64,000 nucleotides of DNA, from assembly GCA_947626145.1 (NCBI GenBank), contig CANQRB010000004.1, positions 29,250-93,249 on the forward strand, in the 5' to 3' direction. How positions within the stretch are numbered: position 1 is the stretch's first letter; each line of letters starts with the position of its first letter. Source of the DNA: an uncultured Clostridia bacterium. GTDB lineage: Bacteria; Bacillota; Clostridia; UMGS1883. Below are positions 45,767 to 55,708 of the stretch, piece by piece. The notes below the pieces were generated by a model that made no database searches, was not told the DNA's origin, and worked only from the letters and a program-made list of their open reading frames with translations. A program made the position numbers and the translations under genes.

Positions 45767-47544
45767 CGGCACACCTCCCGGGTATACCGTGTCAGCCAGT
45801 CCTGCTCCTCCTGAGAGAGCCGGGGCATGAGGCGCTTGCGGCACTCAAGGTGATAGCGGTTTATCCATTCTATCTCCTCGTCGGTGAGCAGAGAGGGATC
45901 AATGCCGTTTACGTCAATAGGCACGAAGGACAGCAGTCCGAAGCCGTAAAACTCGCCGTGCCCGGTGGTCTTCCACGGCACGACGACAACGTCGTTCTCG
46001 GTGCGGATGCCGTATTTGCCCTCTATGTAAACGCCTGGCTCGATAGTGATGTTCATGCCCGGCTCAAAGGGGATGGAGCGCAGGTTCTGGCTCATGTTCT
46101 GGGGACCTTCGTGTACGTTGAGATAGAAGCCCACACCGTGACCGGTGCCGCACTTGTAGTCGATGCCCTCCCTCCACAGGGGCTCACGGGCCAGAATATC
46201 CAGATTTGCGCCCGCGGCGCCCTTAAGGAAGCGGGCGGAGATAAGGGCTATGCTGGACTTGAGCACAAGGGTGAAATTGCGGCGCTCCTCCTCGGTTATG
46301 GGGCCAAGAACCAAAGTTCTTGTTATATCGGTGCTTCCGTTCAGGTAGTGGCCGCCGGAGTCGATGAGGAGCATACCCTCGGCCTTAAGAACGGCGTTGT
46401 TTTCGGGAGTGGGACTGTAGTGCATCATGGCCGCGTTGCCCCTGTAAGCGGCAATGGTCTCAAAGCTGGGCCCCATGTTGTAGGGCTGCTGAGCCCGAAG
46501 CTCCAGCAGCTTTTCGCACACGTCAAGCTCGGTAATTGGACGGCCGCCGCTGAGGCAGTCATAAATATAGTAAAAGCCCTTGACCAGCGCCACGGCGTCG
46601 TTTTCGTAGCACTCCACAAGATTTTGATTTTCGGTCTTGTTTTTCACGGCCTTGAAGGGCGTCACTATGTCCCAGATGTACTTAAGGCTGCACTTTTGGG
46701 CGGCGGCCGCGAGAGCGCTGTTGTTTATGTCGAAATCCATGCCAAGGGTGCAGTCCTCGCCCAGGGCGGCAATATCGCCGTAAATACCGCCGTATTCATA
46801 CAGGCTGATGCCCTGCTGCTCAAGAGCGTAGCGCTCGTTCTCGCCCACCTTGGCGGGGTCGATATAGAGACGGACGCCGCCGGGGCCGACGAGCAGATAG
46901 CTGAGAGCGAAGGGGCAGCAGTGGATGTCGGAGCCGCGTATATTGCAGAGCCACATGATGCAGTCCAGCTTGCCAACGGCGTAATGGGTGAGGCCGAGCT
47001 TGCTCATCTCCTCGCGGACACGGGCGATCTTGCTCGAGGCGCTCTCCCCGCACCACTTTTCGTCGTGGAGGATTATTTTTCCGTCGGGAATGGGAGGCCG
47101 GTCCTGCCAGATGACTGACAAATCCACGGAGCTGTCCAAAACCAGCTTTTTCTCCCCGAATTTTTTCTTCATATCATTTATCGACGACTGGGAAAACAGC
47201 TTTCCGTTTACGCCTATTTTCGCGCCCTCGGGCAGCTCGTCGCAAAGGAACTGAACGTAGCTCTTCACGCCGGGGTCATAGGCCCGGAACAGCGCTATCT
47301 CGCTGCCGGAGAGCTGGTTTTCCGCCTGAATGTAGTAGCGTCCGTCTGTCCAAAGGCCGCTCCTGTCCTTTGTGACGGCCACGGTTCCGGCGCTGCCGGT
47401 GAAGCCCGAAAGCCAGCGGCGGAACTGATAGTGCTCCGGCACATACTCGCTCAGGTGCGGATCCGCCGAGGGCACAATGCAGGCGTCAAGGCCGTTTTTC
47501 TCCATTTCCTGCCGCAGGAGGGCAAGCTTTTCGTTAACTGTCAT
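45763..47544 (-). CDS. Xaa-Pro aminopeptidase (M24B, aminopeptidase P family)
   Basis: Creatinase-like N-domains and an M24 pita-bread C-domain with metal ligands (D..D..H..E..E pattern; HGVGFYLNVHE). Confidence 0.85.
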   Translation of the reverse strand: MTVNEKLALLRQEMEKNGLDACIVPSADPHLSEYVPEHYQFRRWLSGFTGSAGTVAVTKDRSGLWTDGRYYIQAENQLSGSEIALFRAYDPGVKSYVQFLCDELPEGAKIGVNGKLFSQSSINDMKKKFGEKKLVLDSSVDLSVIWQDRPPIPDGKIILHDEKWCGESASSKIARVREEMSKLGLTHYAVGKLDCIMWLCNIRGSDIHCCPFALSYLLVGPGGVRLYIDPAKVGENERYALEQQGISLYEYGGIYGDIAALGEDCTLGMDFDINNSALAAAAQKCSLKYIWDIVTPFKAVKNKTENQNLVECYENDAVALVKGFYYIYDCLSGGRPITELDVCEKLLELRAQQPYNMGPSFETIAAYRGNAAMMHYSPTPENNAVLKAEGMLLIDSGGHYLNGSTDITRTLVLGPITEEERRNFTLVLKSSIALISARFLKGAAGANLDILAREPLWREGIDYKCGTGHGVGFYLNVHEGPQNMSQNLRSIPFEPGMNITIEPGVYIEGKYGIRTENDVVVVPWKTTGHGEFYGFGLLSFVPIDVNGIDPSLLTDEEIEWINRYHLECRKRLMPRLSQEEQDWLTRYTREVCR

Positions 47545-47578
47545 ATTAAATTACCCCTTTCCTCTGTCTAATCTTTAT

Positions 47579-48577
47579 TTATTCCAGTCTCAGCTGAGGC
47601 TCGGCGTTCAGTGTCAGGTCGGCCCGCATACCGGCGGCGTAGTTCAGGTACCCGGCGCAGGAGATCATGGCTCCGTTGTCGGTACACAGGTCTATGGGCG
47701 GGCAGTACATTTTCATGCCCGCGGCCCTGGCGGCGGCTTCAAGGGCCGAGCGCAGGGCGGTGTTGGCGGCCACTCCGCCGGCAAGGCAAACGGTTTTGCA
47801 GCCCGCCTGCTTTGCGGCGCCTACGGTGTTCTCCACCAGCACGTCCACGACCGCCTGCTGGAAGGAGGCGGCAATATCCGCCCGATTGAATTCCTCCCCC
47901 TTCTGTTCGGCGGTGTGAACATAGTTTATCACCGCCGTCTTCAGGCCGCTGAAGCTGAAGTCAAAGCCGTGATGGGGCCGGGGGAAGGCTATGGCGTTGG
48001 GGTCACCCTCCTTCGCCAGAGCGTTGACCTTCGGCCCGCCGGGATAGCCAAGTCCCAGCACACGGGCCACCTTGTCAAAAGCCTCGCCGGCGGCGTCGTC
48101 GGTGGTGGCGCCCAGCACCTCAAACTCGTGATAGTCCTTCACATGGAGGATGTGGCTGTGCCCGCCGGAGGCCACAAGGCAGACAAAGGGCGGTTCAAGC
48201 TCCGGATGGGCGATGTAGTTGGCGGCGATATGGCCCTGAATGTGGTTCACGGGCACGAGGGGCCTGTTTATGCCGTAGGCGAAGGCCTTTGCCACGCTTA
48301 CCCCAACCAGCAGGGCCCCCACAAGGCCGGGATTGTAGGTCACGGCCACGGCGTCCAGCTCTTTTTTGTCTATGCCGGCCTCCTTCAGAGCGGCGTCAAT
48401 TACGTATATAATCTTGTCGATATGCCTGCGGGAGGCTATCTCCGGCACAACGCCGCCGTAGACCTCGTGCAGGGCTATCTGAGTATATATAACGTTGGAG
48501 AGGACCTCCCGCCCGTCACGGGTGACGGAGGCCGCGGTCTCGTCGCAGGAAGTTTCGATGCCTAAAACCAATGCCAT
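47579..48577 (-). CDS. tsaD: tRNA N6-adenosine threonylcarbamoyltransferase
   Basis: [13 protein letters not shown]-terminus and metal-binding His pair (HIQGH). 332 aa. Confidence 0.9.
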   Translation of the reverse strand: MALVLGIETSCDETAASVTRDGREVLSNVIYTQIALHEVYGGVVPEIASRRHIDKIIYVIDAALKEAGIDKKELDAVAVTYNPGLVGALLVGVSVAKAFAYGINRPLVPVNHIQGHIAANYIAHPELEPPFVCLVASGGHSHILHVKDYHEFEVLGATTDDAAGEAFDKVARVLGLGYPGGPKVNALAKEGDPNAIAFPRPHHGFDFSFSGLKTAVINYVHTAEQKGEEFNRADIAASFQQAVVDVLVENTVGAAKQAGCKTVCLAGGVAANTALRSALEAAARAAGMKMYCPPIDLCTDNGAMISCAGYLNYAAGMRADLTLNAEPQLRLE

Positions 48578-48578
48578 A

Positions 48579-48989
48579 CTATCTTCTCCATTTCATAACT
48601 ACCGCGTCCTCGCCGCCGCCATAGTAGTTTTTTCTTATGCCGATCTTTTCAAAGCCCAGCTCCGTATAAAGGGCCATGGCGGGCAGATTGCTGACGCGCA
48701 CGTCCAGAAAGGCCTCGTCGGCGTCCTTTAACGCCTCGCAAACGAGGGCGCGGCCGATCCCCCTGCGGCGCCCGTCGGGAGCGACGGCGATGTTGTATAT
48801 CTCCGCCTCGCCGCAGATACAGGAAAAAATCACGTAGCCGCCGACCTTTCCCCCGTCCCACACAAGAAAGCTCACCCCCGGATGCTCCAGAAAGCTCCGG
48901 AAATCCTCCTCGATCCATGGGTCGTCAAAGGATGCGGCTTCAATACGTACTATTTCGTCCAAGTCGCTGTCATTTGCGGCACGTATCAT
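48579..48989 (-). CDS. rimI: Ribosomal-protein-alanine N-acetyltransferase (GNAT)
   Basis: GNAT motif A ([10 protein letters not shown]). Its position between tsaC and tsaD is typical for rimI. Confidence 0.8.
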   Translation of the reverse strand: MIRAANDSDLDEIVRIEAASFDDPWIEEDFRSFLEHPGVSFLVWDGGKVGGYVIFSCICGEAEIYNIAVAPDGRRRGIGRALVCEALKDADEAFLDVRVSNLPAMALYTELGFEKIGIRKNYYGGGEDAVVMKWRR

Positions 48990-49960
48990 ATAACCTTACC
49001 TCCGGCGGATTTCAAAAGCCTGTTGCGCACCGCGACTCCGATGCCCTTATTTTCCGGCAGACGTGCATAAAGGGTATCTATCCCGTCCTCGTCGGCCTTG
49101 CGGAGGAAGTAAAAGAGCTTGGCGGCATAGTCCTCCACCGTCCCGCCGGCGTCGTACACCGGACGGTCGAAGCTGCCCCCGCCGTAAGTGAGTATGGCGG
49201 AATTTTCCGCAAAGGGTATCTTTGTCATGTCGCTGACGGCCCAGACCTTGGCTTTTGGACTGTAATGGGTGTACTTCATGCCGGGGCACTTGGGGGCGTT
49301 GGCGTAATCCCCGCCGTAAACGCAGTCCCCGGCCACGGCGGCAATATCCTCGGCGGTTATTGCGCCGGGCCGCAGCACCGTTGGCACGTCAAGGGTCATA
49401 TCCACCACAGTGGACTCCACCCCTATGAAGCTGTCGCCCCCGTCGATTATCATATCCACCCTGCCGTCCATGTCGTCTATGGCGTGGCGGGCGGCGGTGG
49501 GACTGGGACTGCCGCTGAGGTTGGCGCTGGGGGCGGCGATGGGCACGCCGGCGCGCCGTATCAGCTCATAGGCCACGGCGTGGCTGGGGAAACGTATGCT
49601 CACCGTGTCCAGTCCGGCGGAAACTATGTCCGGCACCTCGGGCCGGCGCTTAAGTATCACCGTCAGCGGCCCGCCCCAGAAGTGCTCCATGAGCCTCCGT
49701 GCCCGGTCGGGTATCTCCGAGGCCAGTTCCTCCGCCTGCTCAAGAGAGCAGATGTGGGAAATCAGGGGGTTGTCGGCGGGGCGGCCCTTGGCGGCGTAAA
49801 TTTTCGCCACAGCCGCCGGGTCAAAGGTGTTTGCCCCAAGCCCGTAAACCGTCTCGGTGGGGAAAACCACCAGTCCGCCCCGCAAAATAACCTCCGCCGC
49901 CCTGTCCATGAGCGCCGCGTCAATATTTTTCGGGTCTGTTTTTATGATCTCGGTGTTCAA
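48986..49960 (-). CDS. tsaC: L-threonylcarbamoyladenylate synthase (Sua5/YwlC type: YrdC domain + Sua5 C-domain)
   Basis: YrdC fold with PTETVYGLGAN and KGRPADNPLI. 324 aa with the C-terminal Sua5 domain. Confidence 0.85.
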   Translation of the reverse strand: MNTEIIKTDPKNIDAALMDRAAEVILRGGLVVFPTETVYGLGANTFDPAAVAKIYAAKGRPADNPLISHICSLEQAEELASEIPDRARRLMEHFWGGPLTVILKRRPEVPDIVSAGLDTVSIRFPSHAVAYELIRRAGVPIAAPSANLSGSPSPTAARHAIDDMDGRVDMIIDGGDSFIGVESTVVDMTLDVPTVLRPGAITAEDIAAVAGDCVYGGDYANAPKCPGMKYTHYSPKAKVWAVSDMTKIPFAENSAILTYGGGSFDRPVYDAGGTVEDYAAKLFYFLRKADEDGIDTLYARLPENKGIGVAVRNRLLKSAGGKVI

Positions 49961-49972
49961 GCTATCACTCTC

Positions 49973-51571
49973 TCAGATGACAAAATAAAATTCCACTCCG
50001 CCGTCCCGGTTCTCGAAGCCGCAGCTGCCCCCGTGGAGCTCCACGCACTTCTTCACTATAGTGAGGCCCAGACCGCTGCCGCCGTAGGCCCTTGTCCGGG
50101 CCTTGTCCAGCTTGCCGAAGCTCTCCCAGATCTGATCCGCCCCGCTGTCCGGTATGGGCGCGCCGCTGTTGTACACACCAAAACGCGCCCTCTCCCCTTC
50201 ACGGCGAAGGCTGACCCTGATAAGGCCCCTTTCGTCCACGTGATGGAGGGCGTTGGTTATGTAATTGTCTATCGCCTGGGTCACGGCGTTCTCATCGGCG
50301 GTTATTTCGATTTTTTCCGGGCAGTCCAGCTCAACGGAAGCACCCTGGCGCCTGGCAAGAATGTCAAAGCCCCGAACCTCTCTTTCCACCAGAGCGGAAA
50401 GGTCGAGAGCCGTCCTCTCGGGCTCGCCGCCCTCGGCGGCCTCCAGCTCGGCGACTGTCAGCATCTGCCGTATTATCTTATCCATACGCCCGGCCTCGTC
50501 GATGATAACGTCGCAGTAATAGTTTCTGTCCTCGGCGCTGGCGGCTATATTTTCCTTCAGGCCCTCGGCGTAACCGCCGATTAGGGCTACCGGCGTCTTA
50601 AGCTCGTGGGAGGCGGCGGCGATGAACTCCTTGCGCATACGGTCGATGGAGTTCTTGAGCTCGATGTCCTTTTCCAGACGGGCGTTTTTCTCCCGCAGCT
50701 CGTTGATGTTTTCCTCAAGGCGGGCGCTCATTATGTTGACGCTGCGGCCAAGATCGCCCACCTCGTCACCGGACTTGCCCTCGTATTTTCGGCTGAAATC
50801 CAGAGCGGACACGGCACCGGCTATTTCCGTAAGCTGACGGATGGGACGGGTGGCGGCGCCGGAGGCCGCAAAAACAATGGCGATGCCAAGCACAAGGGCC
50901 ACAACGCCGATAAACATCAGCAGTTCGTTGGCGGTACGCGCCGCCTCGTCCACCGGAGCCATGGCTGTCTGTAAAAACAGATAGTTTCCGTTGTCAAGAC
51001 GTGCGGTAAGACTGAGTACGGCGCCGCCCAGCCGCTCGTCATGGCGGGGGCTGAGGACGTATTTTTCATCGCCGAGGATCCTTCCGGCAATTTCGGCAAC
51101 GGGGATTTTTTTCTCCCAGCCGTGCCGGTCGCCCTCGGGAGGCGGGCCGCCGCCGCTTTCGTCCTCTCCGTCAGCCGGAGCCGGAGGCTCCGGAGGGCGG
51201 CGCCAGTCTTCGCCGCCCTCCTCCCAGGGATTTATGCCCTCACGGTCAAAAAGGCCCTCACGCAGCATGAAGAAAATATTCTGGGCGTTACGGACGGAGG
51301 CGAAGATCTCCTCGCCGTTCCCGTCACAGATAAATATGTCTATCCCCTCAACGGAGGAAATTTTGTCCAGCTCCAGCTCGTTCTCGACGGAGGACAGGGA
51401 GTTGACGGTGTTGTAGGCGTCCGTCAGGGCCACGCGCTTGTCCCGCTCGTAAAGCCGGGACAGCAGGATACGGTTGGCCACCGCTATCCCGCCGATGGTG
51501 ATAAGCAGTATCGCCGCAAAAATCAGCACAAATTTGGCCCTGAGGGTAACGCGGAATTTTTTATTTTTCAA
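49973..51571 (-). CDS. Sensor histidine kinase (TM-sensor-TM, HAMP, HisKA, HATPase_c)
   Basis: H-box ASHELKTPVALIGGYAEGL, N-box DNYITNALHH, G2 box GGSGLGLTIVKK. A Pro/Gly/Glu-rich extracytoplasmic segment. Confidence 0.9.
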   Translation of the reverse strand: MKNKKFRVTLRAKFVLIFAAILLITIGGIAVANRILLSRLYERDKRVALTDAYNTVNSLSSVENELELDKISSVEGIDIFICDGNGEEIFASVRNAQNIFFMLREGLFDREGINPWEEGGEDWRRPPEPPAPADGEDESGGGPPPEGDRHGWEKKIPVAEIAGRILGDEKYVLSPRHDERLGGAVLSLTARLDNGNYLFLQTAMAPVDEAARTANELLMFIGVVALVLGIAIVFAASGAATRPIRQLTEIAGAVSALDFSRKYEGKSGDEVGDLGRSVNIMSARLEENINELREKNARLEKDIELKNSIDRMRKEFIAAASHELKTPVALIGGYAEGLKENIAASAEDRNYYCDVIIDEAGRMDKIIRQMLTVAELEAAEGGEPERTALDLSALVEREVRGFDILARRQGASVELDCPEKIEITADENAVTQAIDNYITNALHHVDERGLIRVSLRREGERARFGVYNSGAPIPDSGADQIWESFGKLDKARTRAYGGSGLGLTIVKKCVELHGGSCGFENRDGGVEFYFVI

Positions 51572-52241
51572 ACCTGTATCCCACTCCCCTCACCGTTTGC
51601 AGCATATCCCCCCACTGACCCAGCTTTTTCCTCAGCTTGGTCACATGGGTGTCAATGGTGCGGGCGTCGCCGAAGTAGTCATAGTTCCAAACGTTGTCAA
51701 GAATTTTCTCACGGGTCAGGGTGGAGCCCCGATTCTCCATGAGGTACAGGAGCAGGTCATACTCCTTCAGGCTCATATATATCTCCTCGCCGTCCACATA
51801 GACGGTGTGGGCCTCCCTGTCCACCCTTATCCCGCCGACGGTAAGCTCGCTGCCCCCGTCGGAAGAGGCCGTGCGCCGGAGCATGGCCTCGACCCGGGCC
51901 ACAAAGACCTTGGGCGAAAAGGGCTTGGTCACATAATCGTCCGCCCCGGCCTCGAAGCCCTCCACCTCGTCGCTCTCCTGCGAAAGGGCGGTGAGCATGA
52001 TAACGGGTACGTCCGAGGTTTTGCGCACCTCGCGGCAGACCTCCCAGCCGCTCAGCCCGGGCATCATCACGTCAAGGATCAGCAGCTTTATTTCCTTTGG
52101 CTGGGCGTTGTACAGCTCCAGCGCCCGGCTGCCGTTCTCCGCCTCGACAACGCTGTAGCCCGCCGCCTCAAGGAAGTCCCTGATAAGCCGCCGCATCCTG
52201 TCCTCGTCGTCGGCGACGAGAATTTTGATTTTAGAGCTCAT
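51561..52241 (-). CDS. OmpR-family response regulator
   Basis: Receiver domain LVADDEDRMRRLI...LLILDVMMPGLSG plus a winged helix. GGGAGG RBS. Confidence 0.9.
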   Translation of the reverse strand: MSSKIKILVADDEDRMRRLIRDFLEAAGYSVVEAENGSRALELYNAQPKEIKLLILDVMMPGLSGWEVCREVRKTSDVPVIMLTALSQESDEVEGFEAGADDYVTKPFSPKVFVARVEAMLRRTASSDGGSELTVGGIRVDREAHTVYVDGEEIYMSLKEYDLLLYLMENRGSTLTREKILDNVWNYDYFGDARTIDTHVTKLRKKLGQWGDMLQTVRGVGYRFEK

Positions 52242-52253
52242 GCTTTACCTCCC

Positions 52254-53000
52254 TCAGTCCAGATCACCCGAAGCCTTGGCGGCGTTGTAGCTGTTGGCGG
52301 TCTCGTTGACCGTTTCGTTTATTTCATTGGCGGCGTTCTGAATATCGCCCAGCATGGCGTTGAGCAGCTCGGGAGTCAGGGCCGGACGAAGGACGCCGTC
52401 GCTGCCGGTATCCAGCCGAATATACACGTCCGTGGAAGTGTTGTTTATCTCGCCCGACTCCAGCACCTCCACAAGAGCCCGGTCGTTGAACTCGGCGGCC
52501 TCCTCGCTGGTGGCAACCTCTCCGTTCATCATGGCGTCGTTCATGCGTATGAACACCTGACCGTAGACCTCGCGCATGGAAGGGGCCGATATTTTGGCGC
52601 TGATATAATTGACGCCGTTTTCGGTAAGGCTCTCGCCCAGCTCGTAGCTCATACGGGGCAGCAGAGCGGCATAGGCCACATTGTTACGCGCGCTTTCCAC
52701 GTCCATCAACTGACGGTCCTCCTCACGGGCGTTGGCAAGAGCGCCCTCATAGTCCAGCTTTTGGAAGCAGTCCAGCATAGCCGAGGCGGCGGCGCGGTTG
52801 GCGGCGATAACCTCCTCGTCCGTCACCGGCTGAAATTCGTGTTCCTCCTCTTCCGGCAGGGCGTCCTCAGTCCCGGTCTGCTGTGCCGCACTGCCGTTAT
52901 AGCTGTTGCTGATTTGTTCGTCGGGCTTGTCGGCCTGCTTCCTCCCGCATCCGGCGAGGGCAAGGACGAGCACAAGGGCGATGATCACATTCTTTTTCAT
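52254..53000 (-). CDS. Lipoprotein of unknown function, upstream of the TCS
   Basis: Lipobox LVLALAGC-G. The mature protein starts with an acidic low-complexity linker followed by a globular domain. 12 nt from the regulator start. Confidence 0.75.
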   Translation of the reverse strand: MKKNVIIALVLVLALAGCGRKQADKPDEQISNSYNGSAAQQTGTEDALPEEEEHEFQPVTDEEVIAANRAAASAMLDCFQKLDYEGALANAREEDRQLMDVESARNNVAYAALLPRMSYELGESLTENGVNYISAKISAPSMREVYGQVFIRMNDAMMNGEVATSEEAAEFNDRALVEVLESGEINNTSTDVYIRLDTGSDGVLRPALTPELLNAMLGDIQNAANEINETVNETANSYNAAKASGDLD

Positions 53001-53153
53001 AAAAATCCTTCCTTTTACTGTTCAACATTACACACAAAAAGCCCTGAATGGGCTTTTCGGAGCGGGGCCGCGCTCCCGTAACAGACGGCCGGCCCCGCCT
53101 CACATTATCCCCGCAGGAGCCTTGTAATTTTCAAATACTGACATATGACAAAT

Positions 53154-53423
53154 TTAACCCTTATTTTCTCCGTGTACATCCTCAAACGGTTTGGGGCAGT
53201 CAGGGTCAAGGTCACAACAGAACAGAAGAAATTCCGAAGAACTGGGTGAGTTTTCTTTTATAAACTCTATCATTTTTTGTGCCGTGCCAAGCCTTTTTGC
53301 GTCTATGCACGCACCTATTTCAAGGCCCTCATAACATCTCGGTATTGTCCTGACCCATTTTAACAGCTCCTGAAATTCTTCCCGCTCAAGCAGCGGGACT
53401 TTTTTCGTTTCTTTATTTTTCAT
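53154..53423 (-). CDS. Small Cys-containing hypothetical protein, paralog A (89 aa)
   Basis: Start at MKNKETKKVPLLEREEFQELLKWVRTIP. ~70% identical to the upstream paralog. The track's N-terminal extension is rejected. Confidence 0.6.
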   Translation of the reverse strand: MKNKETKKVPLLEREEFQELLKWVRTIPRCYEGLEIGACIDAKRLGTAQKMIEFIKENSPSSSEFLLFCCDLDPDCPKPFEDVHGENKG

Positions 53424-53676
53424 TTTGTATATCCTCGAACGGTTTGGGGCGTTTGGGGTCAAGGCCATAACAGAACAAAACGAGTTCTGAAGAGCTGGGG
53501 GAGTTTTCCTTGATGTAGTCAACGATTTCCTTCGTCTTGCCAAATTTTTTTGCTTCTATGCAAGTACCTATTTCAAGATCCACGTAACAGTCCGGTATCG
53601 TTCTGACCCACTTTAACAGCTCCTGAAATTCTTCCTGCTCAAGCAGCGGTATTTTTTTCGTTTCTTTATTTTTCAT
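53413..53676 (-). CDS. Small Cys-containing hypothetical protein, paralog B (87 aa)
   Basis: MKNKETKKIPLLEQEEFQELLKWVRTIPDCYVDLEIGTCIEAKKFG...SSSELVLFCYGLDPKRPKPFEDI. No signal peptide. Overlaps paralog A's start by 11 nt. Confidence 0.6.
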   Translation of the reverse strand: MKNKETKKIPLLEQEEFQELLKWVRTIPDCYVDLEIGTCIEAKKFGKTKEIVDYIKENSPSSSELVLFCYGLDPKRPKPFEDIQNEK

Positions 53677-53730
53677 TATTTATCATCCATTCTTAAACAT
53701 TTTCAATGCGGCAAATCGGGCCTTACCGGC

Positions 53731-55209
53731 CTATTCCGTAACGGGCTCATACCTGTCCGCCGGGCAAAGAGGTTCGAGTTTGTCCATCATCCAGACCATG
53801 TGAGTCACCGGATCAAGGGACATATAATCCTTCGTGGTGACCGAGCTGCGCGGGGCAAGGGTTACGGCGGAGGTTTTCTGATTATACTGAACGCCGTTAT
53901 TGCTCGCCGCCCATATATCCGTCACGGTATAGCTGTCAAAGCCGCTGTTGGTTATGGTCGCGGATGCGGTGAAGCTGTCGCTGTCAAAGCTTATGCCGCT
54001 GACGGTTATTTTCCTGCCCAGAAGGGTATCCATCATCCTGCCGACGTCCACGATGCCGAAGCCGTAAAAGGTGTCCCAGCCGGGAGCCCCCATATCACGG
54101 GACGTGGCCTGAATAAGGGAGCGGAACCGGTTCACGTCCGCCTCGGGCTCGATCTGCTTGACAAGAGCCGCCACGGAGGCTATGTATGGCGAGGAAAACG
54201 ACGTGCCGCTGTTTTGCCCGAAGCCCATATTCGACAGGTCTTTGAAATTGAGGACGGAGACGCTTCCGCCGCAGGCGGCCACATCCACCTGACTGTTATG
54301 GTACGAAAAGCTGGAATAGTTGCCGTTGCTGTCCACCGAGGCCACGCTTATCACGTTGTTAAAAGCGCCGGGGTACATAAAGGGGCTGTCCTTATTCAGA
54401 TCGTTTTTGTTGTTGGTCGTACTGTCGTGATTGCCCGCGGCGGCCACCACTATGATGCCCCTGTTGGCGGCGTTGTCAATAATTTCCTTCATGGACTTTA
54501 TGGCGGCGGCATTGTTGGCGTCTTCCTTCGCGCCAACACTCATATTTATAACGTCGCAGCCCTGCCTTACGGCGTAGTCCAAGCCGAGGATGAGGTTGCT
54601 GACGGCGGTGGTGTTTGAGTTGCCGGGGAAGGCCTTTATCACCACGAGATCAACGCCGTCGGCCAGGCTGGAAAGTCCCCTGCTGTTGTTGGTCGCGGCG
54701 CATATCATCCCGGCCACAGAGGTGCCGTGGCCCTGATAATCGGTGACATCCTCCGCCTTGGGGTCAGTCTCCTTGACGGTCACATCCCGCCGTCCGACGA
54801 CCTTGGCGTAGTTGATATCCGGATGGCCGTTGGCGATGCCCGTATCAATGATACCCACCTTGACGCCGGAGCCGTTATACGTTCCGTTGTTAACCACGCC
54901 GATAGCGTTTGTGAGCCGGAACTCATAGCTCCGCTGGCGCTCGTAGCCCGTGTCGTCGGCGGCATCCATGAGCTCCACCGAGGCGTCGGGGCCGTAATAT
55001 TCAATTATGCCCGCCTCATACAGGCGCTGAAGCTCCTCAAGGTCGTCGCTGAGATAGATGGCCCCGCTTAGGTGGTTCTGCTCCATCTCAAGGCTCATTG
55101 GCATAACAAGGCCGTCCCTGTACCGGAATATGTAGTCCTGGGCATACGCGGCAGAGCAGAACAGCAGCGCCATCAGCCCGGTCAGAAAAAAACTTTTGAC
55201 AAATTTCAT
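53731..55209 (-). CDS. Secreted subtilisin-like serine protease (peptidase S8)
   Basis: Signal peptide MKFVKSFFLTGLMALLFCSAAYA. Catalytic triad D (VGIIDTGI), H (HGTSVAG), S (GTSFSSPY). A C-terminal beta-rich domain. Confidence 0.9.
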   Translation of the reverse strand: MKFVKSFFLTGLMALLFCSAAYAQDYIFRYRDGLVMPMSLEMEQNHLSGAIYLSDDLEELQRLYEAGIIEYYGPDASVELMDAADDTGYERQRSYEFRLTNAIGVVNNGTYNGSGVKVGIIDTGIANGHPDINYAKVVGRRDVTVKETDPKAEDVTDYQGHGTSVAGMICAATNNSRGLSSLADGVDLVVIKAFPGNSNTTAVSNLILGLDYAVRQGCDVINMSVGAKEDANNAAAIKSMKEIIDNAANRGIIVVAAAGNHDSTTNNKNDLNKDSPFMYPGAFNNVISVASVDSNGNYSSFSYHNSQVDVAACGGSVSVLNFKDLSNMGFGQNSGTSFSSPYIASVAALVKQIEPEADVNRFRSLIQATSRDMGAPGWDTFYGFGIVDVGRMMDTLLGRKITVSGISFDSDSFTASATITNSGFDSYTVTDIWAASNNGVQYNQKTSAVTLAPRSSVTTKDYMSLDPVTHMVWMMDKLEPLCPADRYEPVTE

Positions 55210-55253
55210 AGCTTTATCCCCTGAAATCAACAATCAATAATATTACATTTTCT

Positions 55254-55282
55254 ATTGTACAATAAAAAAGGAAATTTGTCAA
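55254..55282 (-). promoter_or_regulatory. Strong sigma-A promoter of the S8 protease gene (TTGACA-17-TGtTACAAT)
   Basis: Minus-sense TTGACAaatttccttttttatTGTACAAT, ~45 nt upstream of the ATG. Confidence 0.6.
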
Positions 55283-55365
55283 ATGAATTTTTTGTTATTT
55301 TTATTTTAAACTAATCCCAAATTAAAATCATAAATATGTGAGTTCATTATGGTAACAATGACAGA

Positions 55366-55530
55366 TTAAAAAGGCTTCCCCTCGAGGGGAAGCTGTCAGC
55401 GACAGCTGACTGATGAGGTGTAGCCGCTGTGCGGCGTTAGCATAGCCGTAAACGTATAACGGATGCTTCGCATCCTACACCTCATCCGGCACTTCGTGCC
55501 ACCTTCCCCTCAAAGGGGAAGGCTTTATTA
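55366..55530 (-). ncRNA. Structured GC-rich element in the mazF 3' region / S8 upstream region (terminator + multi-stem domain)
   Basis: Nearly identical palindromic hairpins at both ends (gcttcccctcgaggggaagc; ccttcccctcaaaggggaagg). A 12-bp long-range stem gatgaggtgtag/ctacacctcatc encloses the hairpins gatgcgaagcatc and ggcacttcgtgcc. The first hairpin plus an A-run forms the minus-strand terminator. Confidence 0.35.
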
Positions 55531-55708
55531 TCTGCTATATTTAATACTACTTTCTAATTAAAATCATCAATTCACGGCAGTCTTTTTGGTCTCTTCCTTG
55601 TCTGACACGAAAAATCCTCGCCACTCGGTGTCTGCTTTTAATAGATTAGTATTAAATAAATAAGGGGACAGGCTTTCAGATCAAACCGAAAACCCGTCCC
55701 CGCTCCGC

